Below, one piece after another: positions 40,918 to 53,843 of a stretch of DNA of 64,000 nt. The notes below the pieces were generated by a model. The model searched no databases, was not told the DNA's origin, and was given only the letters and a program-made list of their open reading frames with translations. Location of the stretch: contig OX597820.1 of NCBI GenBank assembly GCA_951406725.2, positions 112,840,001 through 112,904,000 on the forward strand. Reading direction: 5' to 3'. The number at the start of each line of letters is the position of its first letter. Within the stretch, counting starts at the first letter, position 1. The DNA comes from Octopus vulgaris. Taxonomy: Eukaryota. The position numbers and the translations under genes are program-made.

Positions 40918-41557
40918 CAAAAACAAAAAAAACAAAAGGCGAAGATGGGTGTATAAACAACAAACAGATGTATTAGTTTAACGCTCGGGAAGTGAGAAAG
41001 TCTTTTACATTTCGAGCCTACGCTCTTCAACAGATAGGAACACAGAAATAAATAGAGAGAAAATTTTTTAAATGTTTAGTGGCATTAAGATAGTTTAATG
41101 CCGGACTGAAGTTCTCAGACAGGAGAGCAAGGAAGAAGGGGAGATAATAAAGTAATGGTGATCCCAAGACCAAGGTGCATGTGCGAGTGTATGTGAGAGC
41201 GTGTATGTGCGTGTGGATAGAGGCTGGTGACCTTGACGTATGCGTGTGTAGGTGGGTGGATGATGATGTGGGTGCTGGGAAGTGGTCAGTGCTAGTGTGC
41301 GCGGTGTGGTGTGATGTGGTGTGATGTGGTGTGGTATGGTGGTGTGTGATGTGGTATTGTGTGGTGTGGTGGAGGTGAGGGTGAGGGAAGCAAGGGTGGG
41401 ATGTGGGTTGGGGTACATATGCGTATATATATACATATATGTATACATATATTTGTATACATATATTTATATATATATATGTATATATATACGCATATGT
41501 ACCCCAACCCACACCCCACCCTTGCTTCCCCCACCCTCGCCTCCACCACACCACACA
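40918..41557 (-). mobile_element. PLE-derived family 2 copy, longer, with inverted duplication at its distal end
   Basis: 40918-41100 matches 21400-21577; hammerhead-like motif at 41002-41037; 41358-~41445 is inverted at ~41470-41557. Confidence 0.72.
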
Positions 41558-41565
41558 TTTACATT

Positions 41566-41710
<145 letters not shown>

Positions 41711-41810
41711 TTATATAAGCAGAAAATGGAGAAAACCTTTGGTCGACAAACAAATTGACGAACATCGGTTAATTATTTTTTAATACAGTACATAACTTAA
41801 CATTACATAA

Positions 41811-41930
41811 CATTACTTACGGCCGTTTCGGCTGCCAATGTCAGTCGGTGCTTACAAAGAACATTCCGAAAATAGTATTCGCCATGTTTATAGTACATTC
41901 GATCTAGTACATGGAGCTTCATCAGAATGA
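41811..41930 (-). ncRNA. Type I hammerhead-like motif with long stem II insert
   Basis: Minus strand CTGATGA-AGCT...AGCC-GAAA-CGGCCG-TA; palindromic stem III; stem I weak. Confidence 0.5.
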
Positions 41931-42231
41931 ATACAAATACATAAAATAAAATAAGCGAAGGGGAGAGGAAAGAACAGGGCCTCGAGATGAGGCCAGAAGA
42001 CTCAATATATTAGAATCATACAATTTTTCAGGGTGAAGCTTGAAGTCGATAGGCAAAAGAGTGAACTAGCAAATGAGCTAGAGAAATAATTTATAGGTTA
42101 TCTCTTTATGTAGGGGCACCAGGGTGTATAAATAGTAGTAGAATAAAAGCAGTGCTAAAGTAAAACAGGAATCGCCAATATGTTTAGAAATATAATAGTA
42201 CTGTAGTGACGCTATTTTGGAAGATTTCAGC

Positions 42232-42660
42232 GCGCATGCGCAGAGTTGGATTACTTCCGGTAAGCCGCCGGAAGTTCCCTCATGCGCATGTGCAGAGAAC
42301 TGCAAACTGAAAGCGTTCCCGCTAAATCTGTCTTTTTGAATCAGCAACCCTACAGTGGTGACCCGCCGTTTTCAAACATGAAGCCATTATTATTCCCAGG
42401 GGCCTTACGTTCACTCGAACGTCTGGCGTAGGGCTCTGTAGCGTATTTGATATCCTCACTGTTTGAGAAACACAATAAGAATGATCTCGTTTGAGATTAT
42501 TGCCATCTTTGGCTGGTTTGACCCTGTTGTGTCCACTGATCTGATTGGATGGCATCTAGCGCGGTTTGTCTCCCTACTTATTTCGCGCCAGAGTGAAAAG
42601 CAACCAATCACGGCCTTCGGATAAGGCCTGCTTCTTTGAACCCGCCACAGGCTTTATAAG
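42232..42660. promoter_or_regulatory. Promoter-like motif cluster (NRF1, paired ETS, CCAAT x2, E2F, TATA-like)
   Basis: GCGCATGCGC 42232, ACTTCCGG 42253, CCGGAAGT 42268, TGCGCATGTGCA 42283, ATTGG 42544, TTTCGCGCC 42581, CCAAT 42604, TTTATAAG 42653; locally CpG-rich. Confidence 0.45.
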
Positions 42661-43005
42661 GCACTTGTTTTCACTATTCTCCGTCTTTCGACTTTAGACC
42701 TTTTAAGGTCTAGTCACTGACCACAGAGCTACTCAGCCATGTTCCAGTTCGTATAACCTTACAGTACTTATGATTTCGTAAATAGAGCTAATTAATATTT
42801 ATCGAAAATAAATCAGTAGAGTTTTTATAATGACGTACTTACTGAAATATTTTAGAGACCAACCACCTGTTGTCCGTAATAGAATTGATCAATTTCCAAC
42901 CATCTCCACAATTGGTCAGTTATATTTAAACTAAGGGCAAGTTAAGACCGTTATAGAGGTAGACGTAAATAAAGAAGAAAATGAACCAGTAAACATTTAC
43001 ATATA

Positions 43006-43050
<45 letters not shown>

Positions 43051-43067
43051 ATATATATATCTCTCTA

Positions 43068-43126
<59 letters not shown>

Positions 43127-43500
43127 GAGGAAAATTCTACAGTCAGAAGATAAATTCTAACACTATCATGTTCTTAACAATCAACTCAACCTCTCTGTAT
43201 GTATATCTACCCTCTTTATAATGTTTGCAAACAAAATGGAAATAAGTATATGTATTGTCCCTTTGATGGAAGACTTCTATAAATGGCTGAAGATTGCTCA
43301 ACATTTTAAAACTGATGTGATACTTACAATGTTTAATAAAATGATGTAGCATGAAACGATCGTACCAAATTAGCGCAGATATTCTTGTTGCATATTTTGA
43401 TTATAATCACTCCGTGAATTTATATGGATAATACCATACAAAATTCTGGTGCATCTGACTTAAGTACCATATTCATTTGAATCTAAATTTTGCTGAACGA

Positions 43501-43915
43501 GGCGTAGGAGTGGCTGTGTGGTAAGTAGCTTGCTTACGAACCACATGGTTCCGGGTTCAGTTCCATTGCGTGGCACCCTGGGCAAGTGTCTTCTACTATA
43601 GCCTCGGGCCGACCAAAGCCTTGTGAGTGGATTTGGTAGACGGAAACTGAAAGAAGCCTGTCGTATATATGTATATGTATGTGTATGTGTGTGTATATGT
43701 TTGTGTGTCTGTGTTTGTCCCCCCCCCCAACATCGCTTGACAACCGATGGTGGTGTGTTTACGTTCTCGTAACTTAGCGGTTCGGCAAGAGAGACCGATA
43801 GAATAAGTACTAGGCTTACAAAGAATAAGTCCTGGTGTCAATTTGCTCGACTAAAGGCGTTGCTCCAGCATGGCCACAGTCAAATGACTGAAACAAATAA
43901 AAGAGTAAAAGAGTA
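43501..43915 (+). mobile_element. SINE-B full copy
   Basis: Near consensus; internal TA/TG microsatellite; GTAAAAGA tail. Confidence 0.93.
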
Positions 43916-44681
43916 TATATATATATATAGTTTACTTTATGTAATATATGAAACTACTAATAGTTTCATACACTGGAAATGTTTTCTATGCAGTTTTAAA
44001 TAACATGCCTTGTGTCTCCAAGCAATTCTGAGGCTCTAAGTACATGGCCAAAACAAATTACAAATCAAAACAATAAATCACGTGAAAAATCGAGAGGAAG
44101 GTGGATCTAAAAAATGGAAGGGTGAAAGAAACGGAAAAAGGAAAGAAAAAAGGTAGAATTAGAGTTTTGTCCACTTTGACAATAAAGTCACAAAGCTAGT
44201 TGATGTCAAAGCAACGGAAGGGGTCTGAAGTCTCCGATGTAACTGTTCAGTCCAGGGAGGGTAATTTTCTCCAGTTCGTTAAAAGAAACTTACGCTAAGA
44301 TATGGGCAAGTTTCGAATTCGTGAATAACACCATCTCCGCATTGAGCAGCTGTGTCGCAAACTTTACACTCCTTCCGTTGATTCTATAGCAACTAGCTTC
44401 AGCGCTTTACAGTCTAATTCTTACCCCCTTTTTTCTTTTCTTTTCCCCTTCCTTCCACCCTTCCAATTTTTGCACACTTTCTTTTTTCTCGTGGTTTCTC
44501 CTTTTCTATTGTCTTGATTTGTAACTTGTTTTGGCCATGTGCTTAGAGCCCGAAGATTGCTTGGAAACACTAGGCATTTATTTAAACCTGCTGAGGAAAC
44601 AACTCCAATATATGAATCTACTAGTAACTCATAACTATATACTATGTACATTAAACAAATGTGTGTGTGTGTGCACACGTC

Positions 44682-44729
<48 letters not shown>

Positions 44730-44853
44730 GTGAAAATGAATATATGCATGTGAAAATGCGAGTTCAGTGAAAGCAAGAAGGAAAACATTAAATGAAAATT
44801 TAGTTCGTGAATAAAAAGCGAAAAAGGAATCTTTAGATTTTTTTTATATGAAA

Positions 44854-45250
44854 CTAGCAGTATCGCCCGGCGTTGCTCGGGTTTGTAAGGGAAATAACTA
44901 TATAAGCATTTTTAGAGAGTTATAGCCGAAAAATAGCAAAAAAATACATTAAAATTGGAAAAAAAAATTATGGTAATTTTTTTTTAAATCGTTGACTCGT
45001 CGTAGACATTTTTAGAGAGTCACTTCCCTTATATAATAGCGAAAAAATGCATTAAAATGGAAAAAAATGATGGTAAATTTTTTTAAAATTGTAGACTCAT
45101 CGTAGACGCGCGCTAATACCCAGAAGGGCTCGATATGAATCACGACTATAAGATACCCGGTTTTGGTTAAACTGCACCGCAAAATGTGGGAGTAGTTAGG
45201 AATCTAAATCGTAGGAGACAGACACACAACTTGACTTTTATATATAAGGA
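44854..45250 (-). mobile_element. Non-autonomous Helitron, complete
   Basis: Reverse complement of 35417-35811; TC...CTAG termini between A and T. Confidence 0.92.
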
Positions 45251-45640
45251 TAAAGAAGAATATCCGTGTATGCAAGTTAACAGGAACGTACAAGAGTGAA
45301 TTATTTTGAAAATATAAACATTGTTCGTAGATTCTTCAGTATAAAGAGGCGAGGATGGAATCAAGAAGATCCAATTGTTAACATTTCTTTGGCAATATTT
45401 TTTCTAACATTTAAACTAAAGGTTATGCTACGCTTTGGAACTTCGGGTAGGTAATATTCGGAATCTCATTTATAAAGCCACTATTCAGGAATGCTTTACT
45501 GTACTAAGAAAAATACAATTTTATCGGATTAGAAAATAACTTTTTACATCATACACAAAATTAAGTACAAAACTATTATCTAATAAGAAACTTTGCCGTC
45601 CTCCTATGTAACCTTGTAGCGAAAGTTACAGCTACTATCT

Positions 45641-45795
45641 CAGCGGCATTTTGTTCGTTCAAATTCCACTGAGGTCGGCTTCACTTTTCATATTTTCGGG
45701 CTCGATGGAATAAGTACCAGTTGAGCACTGGGGTCCACGCAATCGACTTGTCCCCTCCCTTAGAATTGCCGGCCTTGTGCTAAAATTTGAAACCA
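45641..45795 (+). mobile_element. SINE-A fragment
   Basis: GTTCAAATTCCACTGAGGTCG...GGCCTTGTGC. Confidence 0.78.
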
Positions 45796-45811
45796 TTATT
45801 ATTATAGTGAA

Positions 45812-46225
45812 GAAGGTTGTATCTGGCAAAACTTTTAGCACGCCGGGCAAAATGCATAGCTGTATTTCGTCTGCCGTTACGTTCTGAGTTCAAATTCCGC
45901 CGACGTCGACTTTGCCTTTCATCCTTTCGGGGTCGATAAATTAAGTACCTGTTACGCACTGGTGTCGATATAATCGACTTAATCCGTTTGTCTGTCCTTG
46001 TTTGTCCCCTCTATGTGTAGCCCCCTGTGGGTAGTAAAGAAATAGGTATTTCGTCCGTCTTTTGGTTCTGAGTTAAAATTCTGCTGCTGCCGACTTTGCC
46101 GATTTTATCCTTTCGGGATAAAATAAGTACCACTTCATCACTGTGGTTGATGTAATCGTCTATCATCCTCCACTCCCCGCTTCTCTCCCTAAACTTCAGG
46201 CCTTGTGCCTTAAGTAGAAAGAATT
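45812..46225 (+). mobile_element. SINE-A dimer (Tx1-tail unit followed by alternative-tail body)
   Basis: Junction TAAAGAAATA-G-GTATTTCG at 46045. Confidence 0.9.
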
Positions 46226-46289
46226 ATTATAACGAAGCACTCCGAAATAGCATCTTTTAGATAAGGTTCCCCGTATTACCTGATTCAAT

Positions 46290-47660
46290 ACAAAAGCCTC
46301 AGAGTAACTCACCTTTAAATTCTGGTAGAAAAATTAACTGAATTTGTGACCGTTTTCTGATAAGAAAGAGGAAATTTTTGCAATGTTGGTTAATCCCGGT
46401 TCATAGAATTATTTAGGCGACCGCTGTTTGTTGACGAATACTTTAACTTTTTTTTTAGATATCAGTCGCGTGTTAGTCGCATTATGAGACCCTACAGCAG
46501 TGTCAAAGGTGGTTTCACCAGATTACATTACGTTTAACCTCTTCGTATTTTGATTGCGCGTATGATTACGTGAGTTGGATGGTTTTATTTTGCACGGGGG
46601 TATGATGGGATGTTATTGGATCTCTTGAGGCACCATACGATTTCGAGTTTAGATTAAGCGTAAAGTTCAGGAAGCATGCTTTCGTGACATTTGCTTTAAC
46701 TGCCAATTTGTCTGTCAATTCACGTTGTTCCAAGACCTACCGTTAAAGCTATCAAAAGAAAGTTCTGTTGTTTAAGCAATAACATGACTTCTATTTGACA
46801 GTGTTCTGAGCCATTAAAGCTAACATCAACATCGCCCGTTCCATCTTTCTGAACCCAACAAATGTCTTTGCTAAAAAAGGTGCGGGGGGAATCTCCTGGT
46901 ATGCTTAATATTCAACAGGCAGCTAGCTGTATGTGTATGTTTTGACATTTGCAGAAGATTCTTCATAAATCTGTACTTATATTTCATTGAAGATGCCATT
47001 GATAGAAGCAGCGGTGTTAGATTCAAAGTACTTAGACTGTTTTATAATCAAATCTTCTCTATGATTGCTTTCCTGATAATATTTAAATCATTTTTGCTGT
47101 GCTAAACGGACCCACTTTCGAATACTTTCTCAAAATTGTTTTTATAAGTTTTCGATGTCACAAAGGTTGTTTTTTTATACATATATTTTATTTTTAACGA
47201 GGCATCTCAGTCTGCCTTGAATGTTATATTTTGTGACTGTTTTTCTGTTCAGTTATTGATGTTACTTCCCCGATATATTTTCTTATGATGTAAATGGTTC
47301 TGTGTCTTAGCTTTCCTCGCATAAGTTCCTTATTTTTCCCTTGAATACCTTTTTGAAAGATCTTTATTATATTGAAGTCCAAGCTTAGCTTATGTAGGAA
47401 ATCGATATATCTGCTCTTAAATTCTACATTCTTTATTCAGCTTTGGAGTTCAATTTCATTGATCCGCTCAGATGAATGAAGTTTTTCTCTATTATTTTAA
47501 AATGGACCGCTGAGTTTGGTGGTGAATATCCCCAGGATTTTAATGAGGACCATGTTTCTCCTGATTGGGTCTCTTATCTACTTTCTCGCAAAAAGAAAAC
47601 CTTCACTAATCACATTTTAACACAATTTTTGTTTTATTATCTTCTGGACGAATTTTTTGA
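46290..47660 (-). mobile_element. Highly decayed Penelope-like element RT region
   Basis: Minus-strand frames give WVQKDG..DVSFNGSE, ANVTKACFLNFTLNL, KRNVIW and KVSYS, in the order expected for PLE RT/thumb/linker motifs. Confidence 0.6.
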
Positions 47661-47672
47661 TGGAACTAGAAT

Positions 47673-48085
47673 AGGCGCAGGAGTGGCTGTGTGGTAAGTA
47701 GCTTGCTAACCAACCACATGGTTCCGGGTTCAGTCCCACTGCGTGGCATCTTGGGCAAGTGTCTTCTGCTATAGCCCCGGGCCGACCAATGCCTTGTGAG
47801 TGGATTTGGTAGACGGAAACTGAAAGAAGCCTGTCGTATATATGTATATATATATGTGTGTGTGTGTTTGTGTGTCTGTGTTTGTCCCCCTAGCATCGCT
47901 TGACAACCGATGCTGGTGTGTTTACGTCCCCGTCACTTAGCGGTTCGGCAAAAAAGAGACCGATAGAATAAGTACTGGGCTTACAAAGAATAAGTCCCGG
48001 GGTCGAGTTGCTCGATTAAAGGCGGTGCTCCAGCATGGCCGCAGTCAAATGACTGAAACAAGTAAAAGAGAAAGAAAAAGAGAGA
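47673..48085 (+). mobile_element. SINE-B full copy (young)
   Basis: Near consensus with CpGs intact. Confidence 0.94.
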
Positions 48086-48124
48086 AAAAGTTTACGGTGA
48101 CCAGTCCCGTTATATTCTCTTCAT

Positions 48125-48335
48125 TGCTACAGAATCGTTAAAGCATCAGGACAAAATGTCTGCCGTTATTTCTTCTGTCTCTTTACGTTCGTAGAGCAAA
48201 TCCCGCCTAAGTCAATTTTATTTTTCATCTTTTCGATATTGATAAGGCAAATACCAGTCAAGTACTGAGATCGATAGTATCGACTAATCCCTGCCTCTTT
48301 CTAAATTACTGGCCTTGTACCTGAGTCAGAAACTA
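48125..48335 (+). mobile_element. SINE-A, very diverged
   Basis: CAGAATCGTTA...CTTTACGTTC...GGCCTTGTACC. Confidence 0.55.
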
Positions 48336-49291
48336 TTATTTAGAATGGTATTCACGCATAGAGTTTGTGCATGTTGATACAGTCAACCGTGCATGGCTGA
48401 GAGCAAATTGTTTATTGTGTAACACCAAATACCACAAAATGAACCCGTGTCAACTAGAAATAGCAGTCAAATTACCCTCAAATTACATTCCAACATCACA
48501 AAAAATAAGTCGCAGTTAAATTATGCTTTTGTTGGTGGGGGAAAGATGGTCACGGTGGCACAGTCTTTAATCATAAGAGTTTTTTGATCAAGATTGAATT
48601 GAGGCTTAATGACAAGACAAATATCTAAACAATCCAACGAAACTCTTGTTAATTATACAGCAACTCTTAGGTCTGGTTGACGTCACACATCACAAGGCAC
48701 GTCACTTGAGCACATAGCAGTAATTATTTACAAGCATCAGAGCAAAGCGAAATAAATAAATATATATGTATATATATTTGTCTGTGTGTATGTATGTTGT
48801 GTGTGCGTGCGTGTGTGTGTTGTGTGTGTGTGTGTGTGTCTGTGTGTGTATGTGTGTGTGTTTAGAAGTAAACAGGGAACAACAGAAAAAATCCCTCTAG
48901 TATCACCTTTCCTAATAAACGTTTCAACATAGTTTGGTCCGGCGCAAATAAGACCAAACCATGACACTAACTGATTTCCCCGCCCCCCTCCCAAGAAAGT
49001 GGTAAAAAGAAGTCATAATAAGACTTTAGTTACAAGACACCATCACCACCTCCCTAACTTTGCTAGCTCCACATCAATAACCATGTAAAATATGTAGATA
49101 TAGGGCGTTTTTCTGCTGCATCTTGTATGTGTGTATATGTGTATCGTTTTTTTATAAAAACATAAATCCAGAGAAGCAGCACTCTCTAAGAAGTAGAGCA
49201 GTCAATATTAATAACTGGTAAAGGCCGGTTTGTAGGGTTACCCTGGGGTTCTTGCCCATAAAGGTACCCTTTATATATATATATATATATA

Positions 49292-49930
49292 TATATTATC
49301 CGAAGTGAGCGGTATTATATATCCATCCCGGCCGATCTTACCAATCGGTTTCGCTCTAGGGTTACAACGGAGTGTTCGGTAACAATCCGATTATATAACC
49401 CTACGCTCATCAGAGGTAGCCGATATGCACTTTTAGACGACTTACGCACGTAAGCACACGCTGCTACACGCTGCTACACGCTGCAGAATATATTGCCATA
49501 GGTAGTCTGCGTCTTGTGACATATAGCTGCACTTCCCAGCGGTGCGCTCTACAGAGTCACCAAAGACTTACCACGGATTTGGAATTGTATGACCCAGGAT
49601 ATTCAACAAAGAATATCCCAACACTATCGAAGGTACTCTATACAAGGCTGCTACTAGAGAAGATAATCGACTTGATCCGGCAGATGAGATGGAAGGCCTG
49701 ACCAGCTCAAACCACCAAAAGATTCCATATCGGGTATCACTGATGAGCGTAGGGTTGTATAATCGGATTGTTGCCTAACACTCCGTAGCACCCCTAGCGG
49801 AAAACCGACTGGTAAAAATCGGCCATGATGGATATATAACACTACACTTCGGATAATATACCCGTTCTGTTGACAGGTATACGAGTGCATCTTTTTCCTG
49901 ACTTATGGACTTTTAATCGACTTGCTTACT
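49292..49930 (+). mobile_element. Non-autonomous PLE: inverted hammerhead-bearing repeats around an ORF N-terminal remnant
   Basis: 49292-49427 is inverted at 49726-49860; both arms carry CTGATGAGCG...GAAA; the interior encodes YSTKNIP...LLEKIIDLIRQMRWKA; (TA)n on both sides. Confidence 0.8.
49330..49421 (-). ncRNA. Type I hammerhead ribozyme-like motif, canonical core
   Basis: CTGATGA-GC-G-TAGGGTTA...TAACCCTA-GA-GC-GAAA-CCGATTGG-TA. Confidence 0.7.
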
Positions 49931-50223
49931 TATATATATATATATATATATAACGTAACAAAGTGAAGAAAGGAAATCCTTCAAAGGAGTGTATTAAATA
50001 TCCAATTCAGTGGTACTTCAGTTGGAAACCATATAAATATTGCTATAATTCAATAATAAAGATAAATTAAGTATAGAGATATTCTATTGACATTCAATAA
50101 TTTATTTATATTACATTACATTAAATACTATGAATATAATATATAGCATAACATAATATTTATGTAATTAAAAAAGCCGTAAAAGTCCAATAAATTGTTT
50201 CGACATATATATATTTTTTCTTT

Positions 50224-50429
50224 TTCTGATATACATAATCACAGTTCAGGAAGACGAAATATCGTCTGGAAAGGACGACTGGATTGAAAAAATTAACTAA
50301 TTCACAGACATTTGAATTAATTTTTACAATTCAATTCAGCCGTCCTTTCCAGACGGGATTTCGTCTTCCTGAACCGAATGACCCTGAAGTGACTTATATA
50401 TAATTGAGCTGTGATTATGTATATCAGAA
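50224..50429. repeat. Imperfect inverted repeat; one arm has ~35 extra nt
   Basis: 50224-50287 pairs with 50329-50374 plus 50409-50429. Confidence 0.82.
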
Positions 50430-50437
50430 TATATATA

Positions 50438-50673
50438 ATACAAAATGGGACAAAAGAACGTAAAACATCCAGAGAGTTAGGTGATAGAAAAAAGGGACAA
50501 CAAAATATCCAGATAGACGATACAAAGAAAACAAGGACGGGTCATTCGGAGTTTTCTTTCCTCAGTCGAGTTTCAGATTATCGTTGCAATTTCGGCTAGG
50601 TATACTCGTGATTGCTCCAGTCTGGCCAGCATCAAGGAAAAACTAAGCTAAGAGCATCAGATTCCTTGGAAGA

Positions 50674-50675
<2 letters not shown>
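50438..50675 (-). mobile_element. Probable PLE-type terminal remnant
   Basis: Degenerate motif GGC...GCC-GAAA-TTGCAA on minus strand; between TA tracts. Confidence 0.4.
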
Positions 50676-50761
<86 letters not shown>

Positions 50762-50908
50762 GTGTCTATGTGTGTGTGTGTGCGTGCATGTATGTATATG
50801 TATGTATATATATGTATCACAAAAATATATACTGTGCTTATTAAATAATATATTCATATATATGTAATGGTGCTGATACTGCTACACACTCACACACACA
50901 CACATATA

Positions 50909-51330
50909 GGCACAAGCATGGCTGTGTGGTTAAGAAGTTTACTTCCTAGCCACATCGTTTCAGGTTCAGTCCAACACCATGTCAACTTATCTTTTACTAT
51001 AGCCCAGAGTCGACCAAGTACTTGTGAGTGGATAGAGTAGACAGAAACTCTGTGTGTTGTGTGTGTGTGTGTGTGTGTGGACCTTGTAGGATATTTGTAA
51101 GTGAGAGAGTCCTACAAGCAGCATCGTTCATTTCCAATATTCCACAAGTACAGGTCTGGCTATGAAGAAATATTACCTTGCTTGGAAACAGGTGAGGTTT
51201 GGTGGCAGGAAGGGCATCCAGCCATATCAAAAACTACTGCAATAAATTCCATTTGACCAATGCAAGCATGGAAAAGCGGATGTTGTGATGATGATGATGA
51301 TGATGATGAGGATGATGATGATGATGATCT
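50909..51330 (+). mobile_element. Old SINE: SINE-B-like head plus AGGAAGGGCATCC module and (GAT)n tail
   Basis: TGGCTGTGTGGTTAAG...GGTTCAGTCC; GGCAGGAAGGGCATCCAGC...GCATGGAAAAGCGGA; related to 57417-57570. Confidence 0.65.
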
Positions 51331-51394
51331 TACACACCATAGAAATTGTTTTGTAACAAAAACCTTTGTATATCTACATACAAACATACATGTG

Positions 51395-51466
<72 letters not shown>

Positions 51467-52019
51467 CACAAGCACATACACACATATGCAGAAACACACA
51501 CACACATACATACATGCGTATGTATTACTATCTGTCTGTGTCTGTATTTGCAAATGTGCTTACATTCCCAGGTATAAATATGAATTTTAAAATTCACCTT
51601 ACACAGGTGCAAAACACACGCTGCCATATACTCACACACTCATACACACACACAAACACGAAATAATAAAGTGAGCAAGTAGCTCTATTAATGGTGATGG
51701 TGGAAACAACAGATGCAGTAGTAGTAGTAGCAGCAGCAGCAGCAGTGGCAGCAATCGCAGCAGCAGCAGTGGCAGCAGCAGCAGTAACAGTCAAATCGAG
51801 GGATAAAAGAATGTAAAGTTGTTACTAATTTGAAACACCTTTAATTAGAGTTTACCTGTGAAATGCCCATAGCACATGACAACACACACACTATGTATGT
51901 ATATATATACATATTCATGTGTGCTTACATACGCATACATTTACCAGCATAATGCCTGCTTACTCATGCACACCAATGCATATATGCATTCACACATGCA
52001 CATATGCTCCGTTCACATG

Positions 52020-52060
<41 letters not shown>

Positions 52061-52297
52061 ATCTGTCTGTCACACTGACTTTCATATAAAATCCAAACAC
52101 ATATACACCACATAAGTATTCAGATGCATGAACAACCCCAGTCCCCTTTGCAAATAACCATTTGAAATAGAGTTTAATAACATTTATATCTATGTCTATG
52201 TCTATCTATCCTGGACACAATATCTTCTGGGGCTAAACAACAGTATCATTCACTCCAAAATAGGGCTGCCACATTAGGTTCATAAAAATTCATTACT

Positions 52298-52805
<508 letters not shown>

Positions 52806-53531
52806 CACATGCACATACAGATATACACAGGCACATGCATGAACACAACCAATCCATACACACACACAACACATACACACACACACACACAGTATTGCCA
52901 AGAAAGTTCATGGTATCCAAATGCTATTTTCAAGTGCAGTTTACAGTGCAGTGTGCATCTAATAATAGCATGTGCATTCCTAATGATATATCACTACTGC
53001 TACATTGCATAAGTGCCCTGCAAGTTGGTGCTGCAAATCTAGTAGGGCGGTTGCATCGGCTCATTGCAACCTGTGTTCCTAGAATATGGATTGCATGATG
53101 TACATTGCTACTGTTGTCTTTGTTGTTGTTGTTGTTGTTTGAGCCCCAGGTCAGACCTGATCAAGCAGGTCATCGACCACTGATATTCCAGATGTGATCC
53201 CTCTACTTTTTCCGTATTTGTAAGTAAGATCCAGGACCATAGAGTTTAAATGTGCCACATACTATGTGCCACTTTTTAAGATGGTAAGGTGGAATATGAG
53301 GGATACTTAGCTGCTATTTTTGTTTTTTGCAGTGATTATGCATGACTATGAAGCTATCCCTTCATTTGTTTGTGTTGGTAGTGGCAATGGTGGTGGTGGT
53401 GGTGGTGGTGGTGGTGGAGGTGGAGGTGGTCATGGTTGTAATATTAGGAATAGTATTATTGGTGGTGGTTGTAGTAGTGATGGTTGTTGTGAGATGATAG
53501 CAGTGGTGTGTGTGTGTGTGTGTGATGGTAT

Positions 53532-53580
<49 letters not shown>

Positions 53581-53843
53581 CATTACCACCAAACTGTCCT
53601 AACAAGCTAACTTCTATATGGTTGCTCAACTGCTAGAAAAAATAGCCAAATTTCCTTCAAATCAAATTTTGCTTTCTGACAGTAAGATGCATTGGGTAAT
53701 GTTATCATAGGCGTCATTCACGTAGATAAAACATGGGAATAGTGATGGGCTGGGATACAAATGGGATTAGGATTCAGAAGAAGGGAATATCAGAGATTTG
53801 AATTTTATTCAATTAAGCTCTATTTCATTTCATTTCTGATAGC

